Shown in pieces: positions 1-10,104 of a stretch of DNA of 20,000 bases (the first letter of the stretch is position 1; each line of letters begins with the position of its first letter). Source of the stretch: Elsinoe ampelina (taxonomy: Eukaryota). The stretch spans positions 533,626 to 553,625 of the forward strand of contig ML992507.1 in the NCBI GenBank assembly GCA_010093995.1, written 5' to 3'. A program made the position numbers and the translations under genes. Below the pieces are notes generated by a model. It ran no database searches. It was not told the origin of the DNA and saw only the letters and a program-made list of their open reading frames with translations.

Positions 1-934
1 TATATATTTAGGCTCCCTAGGGGGACTAGGTTTCTTATAAAGAATATCCTTAGTAGCTATAGAGAAGGCTATAGCTCCCTTACTAGCCTTTATAGTGCTA
101 TATAGCTTATAGAGTTTATAAAACTGTCTAAACTTAGTAATTAGTTTAAGCATAGTTAGTAGAGTTAGTAAATCTAGATTAATAAGGTACTTATTAGTAA
201 ATGCTAGTTTAGCCTTTAAGATAGAAAGCAAGAAGTCTCTCTATAGCCTTAAGCCTTAAGCTTCTAGTAGATTATAGTTCCTAGCCTTATCAATAACCTC
301 TTCCTATTGCTAAAGCTAATAGTCTATATTCTATAAGGAAGAGCTAGATAGCTACTTCCTCTAGAGTGCTTTAACCTTAAGCTATATAGCTATATTAGAT
401 AGAGCAAATCTGTTCTTTAATGCCCTAAGGATAGCCTATAGATAAGGATTCCCTTCTAGTTACTAAATAATAGTAAGAACTTATAGTACAATTAATAACT
501 AAATAAGGCTAGCTAAATTAGCTAAGGCCTTATACTACTTGTTATATTATGCTTATTCCTCCTTATATATCTAGAAGAGTGCTAAGAAGTTAGTATTTGC
601 TACCTCTAGCCTCTAAGGCTTAGGGAGCCCCTCTAGCTTAATAGTCTTCTAGGGATTAATAAGGTTCTATATCTTAGTGTTTAAAGCTCTTATCTTAATA
701 ATATATAGCTAGCTAGCCTATTTAGCTGATATAGCAAGAATAATAGGTGTTCTAGCTATTAAGGTGTTTGTATCTATAGTTGTTTATCTCTTTATTAACA
801 CCTAAATCCTATAGTTATAATTAAGGCAGTTCTTAATAGATTCTAATACTTAAAAAGTAAGATAATAGAGGATTAACTAATAGATAGAGTAGGAAAGTAA
901 CTAAGTAATCTACTTGTGTAGGGGTAGTTATACC

Positions 935-945
935 GGGCTTATAAC
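935..945 (-). other. Copia-type primer-binding site (RIP-altered)
   Basis: Minus strand reads GTTATAAGCCC directly after the LTR end, matching the GGTTATG(A/G)GCCC PBS of copia elements apart from a G-to-A change and the first G. Confidence 0.7.
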
Positions 946-1204
946 TATTAAATTGTATAGGGGAGGAAAAAGGATTAATTACTACCTAAACTACTAAAAT
1001 AAGGTAGATTATAACTACATAAATACTTAACCTAGTGTACTAAAAGATAGCTAAATTAAAAGAACTCCTTAATAGTAGCAGATTAAGACAATAATTATCC
1101 AATTTGATCATGGATTAGTGAAATGGTAAGATAGTGTTCAGTTCAACCTTGGGATGAACTGAATCAGGGTCTTCTCGGCGCTCCAGCTTATGCCTCGGTT
1201 GACA
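946..1204 (-). repeat. LTR (~259 bp), 5' LTR of the left copia copy
   Basis: Aligns end to end with 19560-19817 as a direct repeat, differing almost only by C/T and G/A transitions. Minus strand starts TGTCAACCGAGG. Confidence 0.92.
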
Positions 1205-1716
1205 ACAAGGCCTGATCACTGGTCGTGCGGCTGCAGCCCCCCCGGACGATCAGCGTCACTTTTTCAATTTCGGCGCAGGAACAAGGTCAAGTCGGAGTGG
1301 AGCCAGCCAGGCAGGTGGAATTGCGTGACTCGCGCCCTGTCATAGATACTGTAGCCTGCTGAGCGGCTGTCCTTTGAAAGGTGTGCAGGAGTTGTATTTG
1401 CAGATATCGAAAGACGACATGTAGTCAATGTCGCGTGCTCTCCATGACAAGTCCCTGTCACACGCTCTGTCATCAGACAAGAAGTCATAAGGCTCTACGC
1501 AGCTTGATCGTGAGCTTCACCATGACCAATAATTCGCACTTTATGAGGCACGTGTGGATCTGACGCGAGAAAGCCTCCCACGCAAAGCTGAGGCGACCAC
1601 AAAACCAAACCCGAGGAACGACCGAAGCCATCAGGGTACAGCTGTCTGTCTTTCGAGCTCACTTTTCGCACCTTTGGTGAATTACCAGTCACGTGTTGAC
1701 AGTATACATTCTGTAT

Positions 1717-3376
1717 TTACAAATCCTTTGTCCGCTCTTCACTCTCCTTGATCCACTTGTCCACAGCCTTCTGGTCTCTAATCTTGATGCCAATCTTGAA
1801 TGGCTTTGGGTCCATAGTCAGACCAGTCGGGACTGCATTGGCATCCAAACAATCGAGGATCGGCTCATCCTCCTTCCTCTTCGGCGGTGTGAGCTCGAAT
1901 GCGAGAATGACTCTCAGAAAGGCAGTATAGAGTTCTCTGTTAGCCAGATGACTACCCACGCACATCCTGCTACCAGCACCGTATCCGTAGTGCGGTGTCC
2001 CTGAGACAGAGCTCGAAGTGTCGCCCAGATATCGGTCTGGGTTGAAGTCGAAAGGCTGCTTGAAGTGATCTTCATCATAGTCGGCACCGTATGCGTTCAT
2101 GTAGAACGTGGTGCCGGATGGGATGACTGTGTCGCCGTATGGAATATCCTTGATGCTGACTCTCGGCAGGCAGATGGGAATGACGGTCCAGAAGCGGAGT
2201 ACTTCCTTGACCAGAGCTGTGATGTAGGGGATCTTTTCTTCATGTAGACAGCGCTCCCATGCATCTCCATTGGGATAAACCTCGTTGATCTCACGGAGTG
2301 CCCTCTTCTGAATGTCCTGTCCATGAGGCGAAGCGAGGTATGCCAGACACATTACCAGATTGCCTGGTACAGTATCGAGGCCGGCTGAAACCATGGTGAG
2401 GCAGATGGACATGATCTCGGCTGGTAGGATATCAGGACAAGTCAACAGCTTCACAGTGAGTGCTACTTACCATCATTTAGCTTGGCTTCGGGATCTTTTA
2501 GGATGTTGCCAGTGATGCAGGGTTTGTCAGTCCCGTCCGCTATCCTGTCCTTCAGCATCTGCAGAAGCTTGCTCATGTAAGCGCCACGTCTCTTTTTGTA
2601 CTCGAGCGGCTTTGTGTTTTGACTTGGCCACAGTCTCATCAAGGGAATGTAATCCTGCCAGTTATGAGAAGTGCTTCGGAAGTTGCTGATCTCTCGCTCC
2701 ACATGTGTAATCTCCCGCAACATGTCGTCATCCACATTTCCTTCAATTTTGATCCCATAGTTGAGAGTAAGAGATGTGCTGAGGGCGTACCGCTGGAAGT
2801 ATGGATTCGGATCGATGTCAATCTGGCCATTCTGCGAGTCCTTGATCATGTCCTTGATCGACCGCATGGATTCATAGTCGATGAACGGCATGTATGATTG
2901 GACCGCGGGCTTGTTCAACGCTGTTGCTGCAGCCTTCCGCCTCGCCTTACATGATTCGTCCCATGGCGAGGTACCGATGGTGAAGCCCTCAGAGGACGAC
3001 ACTACAGTGTGGAAGGTATGCAGAGTCGGTCTAGAGATCAGGGCTGATTGATGTGTGATCCAGATATGTCGTACAGAATCGAACGTGTTGGCAAATACTA
3101 TTCGCTGAAAGATAAATTAGTCGAGGACGCATGGCTACATGGTTGAGTGTATGCTACCTTATTACCAAGCCTGGTCTGGAAGACGGGTCCAAACTTCTTC
3201 GCCCACTCTCGAGCAACTTTGGCATGTGAGTCTCCCAGCTGCAACAGATTACCGAAGATCGGTACACCAGGTATTTCAGGCAAGCCCTTGATCTTCGGGG
3301 TGTCTGTGCTGGTGAGAAATCTCCAGAGAAAGTATAGTGCTGAGAGGACACCGAAGAGGACCACTGGAGAAGCCAT
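1717..3376 (-). CDS. phacA: Cytochrome P450, CYP504 family, phenylacetate 2-hydroxylase (3 exons, ~518 aa)
   Basis: Exons 3376-3158, 3104-2471 and 2420-1717, with GT-AG introns of 53 and 50 nt. N-terminal TM anchor, I-helix AGLDT, ExxR (EVLR), heme motif YGAGSRMCVG, and CYP504-typical GFTIGTSPWDESCKARRKAAATALN and GTDKPCITGNILKDPEAKL. Confidence 0.92.
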
Positions 3377-3447
3377 GGTATAGGTTGCTACGAAGATTGC
3401 TGAAGTCGAGCTCGTAGGGAAAAGGGACCACGGGTACGTATCGAGCG

Positions 3448-3456
3448 TTTATTATA
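3448..3456 (-). promoter_or_regulatory. Putative TATA-like element of phacA
   Basis: TATAATAAA on the minus strand, ~72 nt upstream of the ATG. Confidence 0.4.
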
Positions 3457-3498
3457 CTAAGCTTACGGACATGCGAATCGTTCGGGAATAAGCATCAG

Positions 3499-3647
3499 GC
3501 GGTTCGACTCCGCTTGATGGGCCCAATACTGTGCAGAGACGAAGATGGAGAAAGACATGAACAGACTTCATCCGACCGTATGTATCGTGTCGCAAACCCC
3601 GAGGCCCCGCTTGACTGTGACGTCCACGGCCGCGGAATGATGCCGCG
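3499..3647. promoter_or_regulatory. Two GCGG-N7-CCGC palindromes upstream of phacA (candidate Zn2Cys6 sites)
   Basis: GCGGttcgactCCGC at 3499-3513 and CGCGGaatgatgCCGCG at 3631-3647. Confidence 0.5.
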
Positions 3648-3748
3648 TTCTTAGGGCTGGTCATGGGTTTTTTGCTGTATCAACGTGTTTGTCTCCCTCC
3701 ATCCACCAGAAACAGAGATCGTCATGAAAGACATTTCATTAGTTTGCA

Positions 3749-5047
3749 CTAGAATTTGAGGTCTAGTGCAGGCAAGATGGTACCTTCACAGTCACCGAAC
3801 CCTACCAAGCCGTTCTCTTCTGTTCCGCAGACTCCGCGGATGTTGATTGAGTCACCGTCTTCCAAGAACTTCCGCTCCTCACCATCGACAGAAATTGGCT
3901 TCTTGCCATTGTCGGTCTGTTCCAGAAGGGATCCTCGCGCTGATGTCTCGACGCCAGAGATGGTACCCGATCCAAGCAAATCGCCAGTGTTCATGGGACA
4001 GCCACCAATTGAATGATGGGCCAGCATCTGAGGGAACGAGAACAGCAAATTGTTACTCTTGACTTTGCTGATTATCCCTGTCTTTCCTGAAGACGTCTTC
4101 AGGTCGACTTCAAGGTTGATGTCGTAAAAGGTTTTTGCTCCACCTTCCTGGAGATATGGGAGCACTTCTGTATCGTTCTTGAGGCCATTCGACCGGAAAG
4201 GCTCAAGAGCATCCGTCAACACTACCCACGGACTAATGGTGGACCCAAAATTCTTGCCATTGAACGGTCCCAGCGGTACATACTCCCAAGCTTGAATGTC
4301 TCGCGCCGACCAGTCGTTCAAGAGAACGATGCCAAAGATATGATCTTCTGCTTCTGAAATTGGGACAATTTGACCCATTTCATTGCCTTTGCAGAGAAAG
4401 GCACCAAGCTCGAGTTCAATGTCAAGCTTCTTGCATTGGCTAAAGACGGGCGCCTTCTTTGCTGCCGCTGGGTTCTCCAGAATTTGTCCATTTGGTCTTC
4501 GAATCGGAGTGCCTGACACCACGATGCTCGAGGCTCTTCCGTGGTACCCCACCGGGATATGCTTGTAATTCGGTTGAAGCGCGTTGTCTGCACCGCGAAA
4601 CAGTACACCGACGTTGAATGCATGGTTCAGACCAGCGTAGAAGTCGGTGTAATCTCCAATCTGCATGGGTAGGTGCATCTTGACATCCTTAAGTGGTATC
4701 AGTGCTTGTTGCTGAAGATCCTTGTTGTCCTTGAGTACTTTGGGAAATGGGGTCGAGTCGAGCAGAATGGACTGGATGTATTTGCGCACGGCAGAGTGGA
4801 TTGGCTTTCCAAGAGCGGCAAAGGCATTCAATGTTGGAGTCGAGAAGACTGCTTGGTGGGGTTGTATCGTCGACAGACCGGAGAATCCATTCTGTGCAGC
4901 AAAGATCTCCAAATCCAACGCGTAATCGCCAATTGCTATGGCAGAGTGTGGAGTACTAGCCTTTGCATGACTGATGATGCCAAAAGGTATGTTTGCCAGT
5001 GAGAAGTGCGACTTTGGTGATATCGACAGCCAACTTTTGAGAGCCAT
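3749..5047 (-). CDS. fahA: Fumarylacetoacetase (432 aa, intronless)
   Basis: Motifs FSLANIPFG, IGDYTDFY, HIPVGYHGRASS, LDIELELG, NDWSARDIQAWEYVPLGPF and GDLLGSGTISG. Confidence 0.96.
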   Translation of the reverse strand: MALKSWLSISPKSHFSLANIPFGIISHAKASTPHSAIAIGDYALDLEIFAAQNGFSGLSTIQPHQAVFSTPTLNAFAALGKPIHSAVRKYIQSILLDSTPFPKVLKDNKDLQQQALIPLKDVKMHLPMQIGDYTDFYAGLNHAFNVGVLFRGADNALQPNYKHIPVGYHGRASSIVVSGTPIRRPNGQILENPAAAKKAPVFSQCKKLDIELELGAFLCKGNEMGQIVPISEAEDHIFGIVLLNDWSARDIQAWEYVPLGPFNGKNFGSTISPWVVLTDALEPFRSNGLKNDTEVLPYLQEGGAKTFYDINLEVDLKTSSGKTGIISKVKSNNLLFSFPQMLAHHSIGGCPMNTGDLLGSGTISGVETSARGSLLEQTDNGKKPISVDGEERKFLEDGDSINIRGVCGTEENGLVGFGDCEGTILPALDLKF

Positions 5048-5252
5048 GTTTGCCAGGTGAGGGGCAATTCAAGCTTGCCACAACCTTCTGGGAACTGTCG
5101 TAGATGAAGGGTGACGCTGCTCTCCTGTCAAATCTTTTGGTCGGATATCGCAGGATACTCGGGGCTGTATCTTGAGAGACACCCGGGACAATGCAATTGT
5201 ATGATCAAAGGCACCGTAATGCGCCGACAATTGGAAGCAGCTCTTTGAGTAG

Positions 5253-5342
5253 GCGGAATGTAGTCCGCGGTTAATAGCGGCATTGCCCCGCCATGTGCCC
5301 CGACGTCTCGTCTGCGGGCGACGAGTTCGGCTTTGCACCCGA
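5253..5342. promoter_or_regulatory. CGG-N7/N8-CCG palindromes in the divergent fahA-hmgA promoter
   Basis: GCGGaatgtagtCCGC at 5253-5268, GCGGcattgccCCGC at 5277-5291 and TCGGctttgcacCCGA at 5327-5342. Confidence 0.5.
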
Positions 5343-5443
5343 CCGGAGCCGTGATCGAACAAAACCTTTGGTCCATTTAGGCATTTTATTGTCTTCGAAC
5401 TCGTTTTGGATCCAGTATCAAAAGATTTCGAACAATTGCCAAC

Positions 5444-6914
5444 ATGCCTGTCACAGACTTCTCGACGCCTGAAAAGTACAAGTACCAGAATGGCTTTGGC
5501 AGCTACCACGAGTAAGTGCATACCAGCTCGGCTCAAGATGGCGGGGCTGACCTCAAGCAGGACAGAAGCTGTCGAGGGTGCGCTTCCAATAGCCGCAAAC
5601 TCGCCGCAGAAGCCGCCATATGGTCTCTATGCAGAGAAGCTCTCTGGCACAGCATTCACTGCTCCACGACACGAGAATTTGCAGACATGGCTTTACCGGA
5701 TATTGCCAGCCTCAGCACACTCGCCGTTCGTTCCACGAGAGTCTAATACCTACAACACAAATCCAGAAGGCAATAAGCTTCACCAAATCCCCAATCAACT
5801 ACGATGGGATCCCTTCGATCTGGATGAGACAGTGGATTGGGTCCATTCCCTCAAGCTCGTCGCCGGCGCTGGTGATCCCACCATGAAGACCGGACTGGGC
5901 ATGTTCATCTTCGCCGCTGGCAAGGACATGGACCCTCATGAAGCCTTCTACTCCGCCGACGGCGACTTCCTCATCGTTCTCCAACACGGTGTCCTCGACA
6001 TCCAGACAGAGCTCGGCCGCCTCCTCATCCGCCAGAACGAGATCTGCGTGATCCCTCGCGGCATCCGCTACCGCGTCACCCTCCCCTCCGGCCCCGTCAG
6101 AGGCTACATCCTCGAACTCTACCAGGGCCACCTCCAACTCCCCGAACTCGGTCCCATCGGGTCCAACTGCCTCGCCAACGCCCGCGACTTCCAAGCCCCC
6201 GTCGCCTCCTTCGACGAAGACACCTCCACCCCGTGGACCCTGACCGCCAAATTCGCCGGCCACCTCCACTCCGCCAAGCAGAACCACACCCCCTTCGACG
6301 TCGTCGCCTGGCACGGCCTCTACTACCCCTACAAATACGACCTCGGCCGCTTCAACGCCATGGGCAGCGTCTCCTACGACCACCCGGACCCGAGCATCTA
6401 CACCGTCCTCACCGCCCAATCCGACCACCCCGGCACCGCCGTCGCCGACTTTGTCATCTTCCCCCCCCGCTGGCTGGTCGGCGAAGACACCTTCCGACCC
6501 CCCTGGTACCACCGCAACACAATGTCCGAATTCATGGGTTTGATATGCGGGCAATACGACGCAAAGACCGGCGGCGGCTTCCAGCCCGCCGGCGCATCCC
6601 TGCACAACGTCATGTCGGCCCACGGTCCCGACGCCGTGACGCACGAGAAGGCGAGTAACGCCGAGTTGAAGCCCATGAAGGTCGCCGAGGGGAGTATGGC
6701 GTTTATGTTTGAGAGTTGTCTGATGGTGGGCGTGACCGAGTGGGGGCTGAACAAGTGTAGGAAGGTGCAGGAGGATTATAACGCCGAGAGCTGGGAGCCG
6801 TTGAGGCCGCATTTTGTGCTGGGCAAGGGAAAGAGGATCAGTAATGCAGTGGAGACGAATGGGGTTGAGGGGGTGGTTGGGGACAAGGGGCAGGTGCCGC
6901 AGTGGACTTCTTAG
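5444..6914 (+). CDS. hmgA: Homogentisate 1,2-dioxygenase (2 exons, ~473 aa)
   Basis: Exon 1 5444-5511 ([23 protein letters not shown]), intron 5512-5560 (GTAAGT..CTGAC..CAG), exon 2 5561-6914. Motifs [53 protein letters not shown] and [13 protein letters not shown]. Confidence 0.96.
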
Positions 6915-7100
6915 GGATGTGCTACGCGATATGAAATGGCTTTCTGTTGTGTATTCTGTTTTTCTTGCCTGTCTGTCGATTTGTGAACTGCTCTGCCTGT
7001 CTGGCTTTACCTGCTCAAGCATATCCGCGTCTGCCGTACATCCGCCTTATGCACCACGGTATCCTCTCCTGTTTCTGTCTCCTGTTTCGCTGGCTTTTGT

Positions 7101-7519
7101 CTAGAGCTTCGACTTCCCACCCTTGGCACCCAGATCGTTATCCGTAGGGTGACTATCACTCTTCTCCGCCTTCAATGACACCGGGTCGCCCAATGCGCTG
7201 GGGTTGGTCTTGAGCTTTTCCTCGGCTATCTGCTTGAGGGTCTTCTTGTTGCCGGACCTACAAGGTATCAGCTGCTGATGTCCTCAAGTATTGTCATACA
7301 TCATTCCCAGATAGCTGCTCGGGTATTGGAGCGACATGAAGAATGGTATGAAGGACGTACTGCTTGTTCGGCCTATCCTTGTCCGTGGGTTCGTTGTCGC
7401 TCTTCTCTGCTTTGAGGGAGACGGGGTCGCCGAGGGCGGTGGGGTTGGATTTGAGGTCTTTCTAGGTATCATCAGCAGAGGGCTCGTGCATGGAAAGAGG
7501 GCTCATTTACTGGTGCCAT
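7101..7519 (-). CDS. Small uncharacterised protein (88 aa, 3 exons) with a duplicated LKxNPxALGDPVSLKAEKSD motif and C-terminal SKL
   Basis: Exons 7519-7511, 7461-7361 and 7257-7101, with GT-AG introns carrying CTGAT branch sites. The spliced frame is open: MAPKDLKSNPTALGDPVSLKAEKSDNEPTDKDRPNKQSGNKKTLKQIAEEKLKTNPSALGDPVSLKAEKSDSHPTDNDLGAKGGKSKL*. The two repeat copies differ mostly at synonymous positions. Confidence 0.82.
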
Positions 7520-7909
7520 TTTGCTGGATGTGATGGTGGTCCTCGGGATTGACTTCAGGGATGCGGATGATCGATTGCGGGGCAATGTTGATGCTCAAGT
7601 CGTCGACAGAAGACGGCCGGTGAAGGATATTTCTGGTGTGGTGTATGAGGGCAAAGAGGAGATGAGCATGGCTGCATCAGACATTGTCCTGCACGTGTCC
7701 CGTTGCATTTTGTTCCTCGGCTCATTCTCAGATGCAGCTCGAGGTGAGGAAAGGTGACGGCATCGTGTCGATCTTCGATCTGGAATCCGATTGGGGACGT
7801 GCGCAGATCTGCAAGATCTCGGTGCGTGCGGGGGCAGGGACATGGGGATGTTCCTGAGATTTGCATGTGATTATGCCATCTCTGATCTTAGACCTCGTAT
7901 CTTTGTGCG

Positions 7910-9780
7910 TCAGCTCTCAGCAACTACATCGACTAACGCAGTAGTATCCTCTGTCGTGTCGGTCGGGGCATCCGGGATGAGAAGGTCAGCTTCTTCCCCG
8001 GCACTTTCTGGGCTGACCACAACTTGACCCGATGCAAAGTCGAGGTTCGGCTCCTCGTCTGTATTGTAGCAGATCCCTTCCCAGCCCTCGCCTATCAGGC
8101 ATGTCTCTCGACTGTCCAGGTCTGCGATGACCATGCCTTCAATGCTGACTACGCCGACGCCGAGTGCTTGCACCTTCATCGATACTTCATAGCATGCTCC
8201 AGGCTGCATTGTTCCCAATCTAACCTCCGGATCAAGGGTGACAATCTCGGCTTTTTGTCCTGCTATTCGACTGTTTGATGTTCCGAGCTTCTTTGATTGT
8301 TTCGCACCTGAAATCTGGCTCTGTAGCTCACGCGAATCAGTGACAGCGCTTGCTATACTCTCTTTAACAGGTTGACCTTTAGCGGGCTTGCTGGCCCGGC
8401 TGACTACCCAAGAGCTTCGATTGGCTCCTTTGCTTGGGACAGGACTCGCTGGGCCAAGTATTGATAATCGTCTTTTACGTCCACCATTGTTGATCACGAA
8501 AAAGTGGATATTGAAGATGGTCCCGATTTTGATGTTGTTTGGCGCGTTGATGGTGATCTTCAAACCTTTCTTGGCGCCATCATGTGCATCTCTGGGTCCT
8601 GCGATACTGCTTGAAGGACGTGACGAGCCTTTTGGTACCGACCAGTATTTGATTCGTTCTCGGGTTGGGACTTTGGCCCCGGCTGGAGCATTGAGGTTTC
8701 GCCGAATGACCAGATTGATTTTGGTGCCTTGAGATGCTGTCAACGACGCAGTCAGTCGATATTGAGCAATGCTAGCGCCGGCTTGAGCCTGCGTCTGGAA
8801 GATGAACGTTGTCCGATCCCCAGGCTTGAGCGTTGCTGGCAGTGATGTTGTAGACAAAGCTTTTACTGTCGACGAGGGTAGCCTGGCTTCAGCCGCCTCG
8901 AGCTTGACTGCAGATCGTGCGTACATGGGCACCTGCGTATCCACGCTGAGGTAGACTTGGTCGGGAAAGAGCGTACGAGATGTTCTCAACAGCAGCGATG
9001 GAGCGATCGGATGTTGACCGGTAGCACCTCGAATCGGCTTGTTTTCTACGGGTGGCGCAGCAGAGAAGGGTATTACTCTGTCTAGCCTCGAGGCCGAGAG
9101 ATTGACGTCTTTACCTGCAAAAGCCGGTGAAGATAACAGCGGCGATAGGATATTGGCAGGTAGTGGTATACCAGAAGGCAGATAGTCGTCAAGTGGGTCT
9201 ACTGCTGACTGCCTTGGAATGTCGAAATGCATGGAAGCCGCAAAGTAGATGCTAGGTCTGAAACTTTGGCGTTCTGGATGATGTAGATGCAGCTCGCCAG
9301 CAAAAATGGCGACGGACTCTTCCGTGCTGATGCTATGGACGTGGTTGGGCGTCGCTGCACTGTTAGAGAATGAGCCCAGTATGATCTTGATCGTCGGATC
9401 CTGTTTGGCGCCCGATGGATTCTGCTCTTGTTGTGGTGACAATGCTTGCAGATGAGCGGATACGGACAGGTGTGAATGTTGAAGGCATGACCTGAAAGAC
9501 AGCTCTGATAGACGAGAACGAAATGTGATCACAACAGGAAGGATTTCATCTGAGACTACTCAGCCAGATGTCCAGGAAGAGCATGTCGCAAAGCCTCTCA
9601 TCAGTCTTTGTGACTTATCATGCACCAACCGTAAAAGTAGTGAGACCTTTGCGACTTGCGCAGCGTGTCAACGTCGTCGTAAGAAATGTTCTCAAGCTGC
9701 GCTGCCCCTTGCCCACCAGGCGTGATGATCTCAAGCTTTGAGCGGGCATATTCGTCCCATTCAGCAGGCGACGGAGACAT
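7910..9780 (-). CDS. TRS65: TRAPP II complex subunit Trs65-like protein (2 exons, ~596 aa)
   Basis: Exon 1 9780-9630, intron 9629-9550, exon 2 9549-7910. The junction gives QRSHYFYDEILPVV. C-terminal blocks LKITINAPNNIKIGTIFNIHFFVINN and EVRLGTMQPGACYEVSMKVQALGVG resemble fungal Trs65 from memory, though diverged. Confidence 0.68.
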
Positions 9781-10104
9781 GTCTTGTTCAGGTATCCACG
9801 TCAATTCTCTGTATTCGTACCATTTCGGACACGATCCGCTATGTCGAGAGATGAGGTTGTGATGGAAGAGCTTCTTTCCCCAAGATCAGATCAGCCTGCT
9901 CGGTATTTTCTCGGCAATTCGATCCCCGTGACGTCGGCTCGGTCTCTGCGTCCCGAGTCTCCGCGTTCACTTTGGACATGTTCAATTGGCGGAGCGCGTT
10001 TTTGGAGAGAAGACGGAGCTCGTCCCTGATTATCCTTCCACGACACCACCTCTTAGTCAAGCTCTTCAAAAGCTCAGATTCCTGATCGCAAGCTCTCTGC
10101 GACT

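Larger units (their letters stand above)
1..1204 (-). mobile_element. RIP-degraded Ty1/copia LTR retrotransposon, 5' part (5' LTR, PBS, gag remnant); continues left of the window
   Basis: Very AT/TpA-rich and depleted of CpA/TpG. The minus strand at 459-361 reads LEGNPYL*AILRALKNRFALSNIAI*LKVKAL*, resembling fungal copia gag once RIP changes are reverted. LTR at 946-1204 is followed on the minus strand by a copia-type PBS. Confidence 0.88.

Noticed and set aside
3480..3530. tRNA gene
   Set aside because: Only a T-arm-like hairpin is present. No D-arm, anticodon arm or distal acceptor strand was found.
5406..5560. ORF-track N-terminus of hmgA (MDPVSK...)
   Set aside because: It starts at a TTG and reads through an intron. 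The conserved N-terminus is in another frame from the ATG at 5444.
5799..7022. 407-aa antisense ORF over hmgA (and the 141-aa alternative-frame ORF at 6233-6658)
   Set aside because: Shadow of strong third-position C/G bias, with no recognisable protein features.
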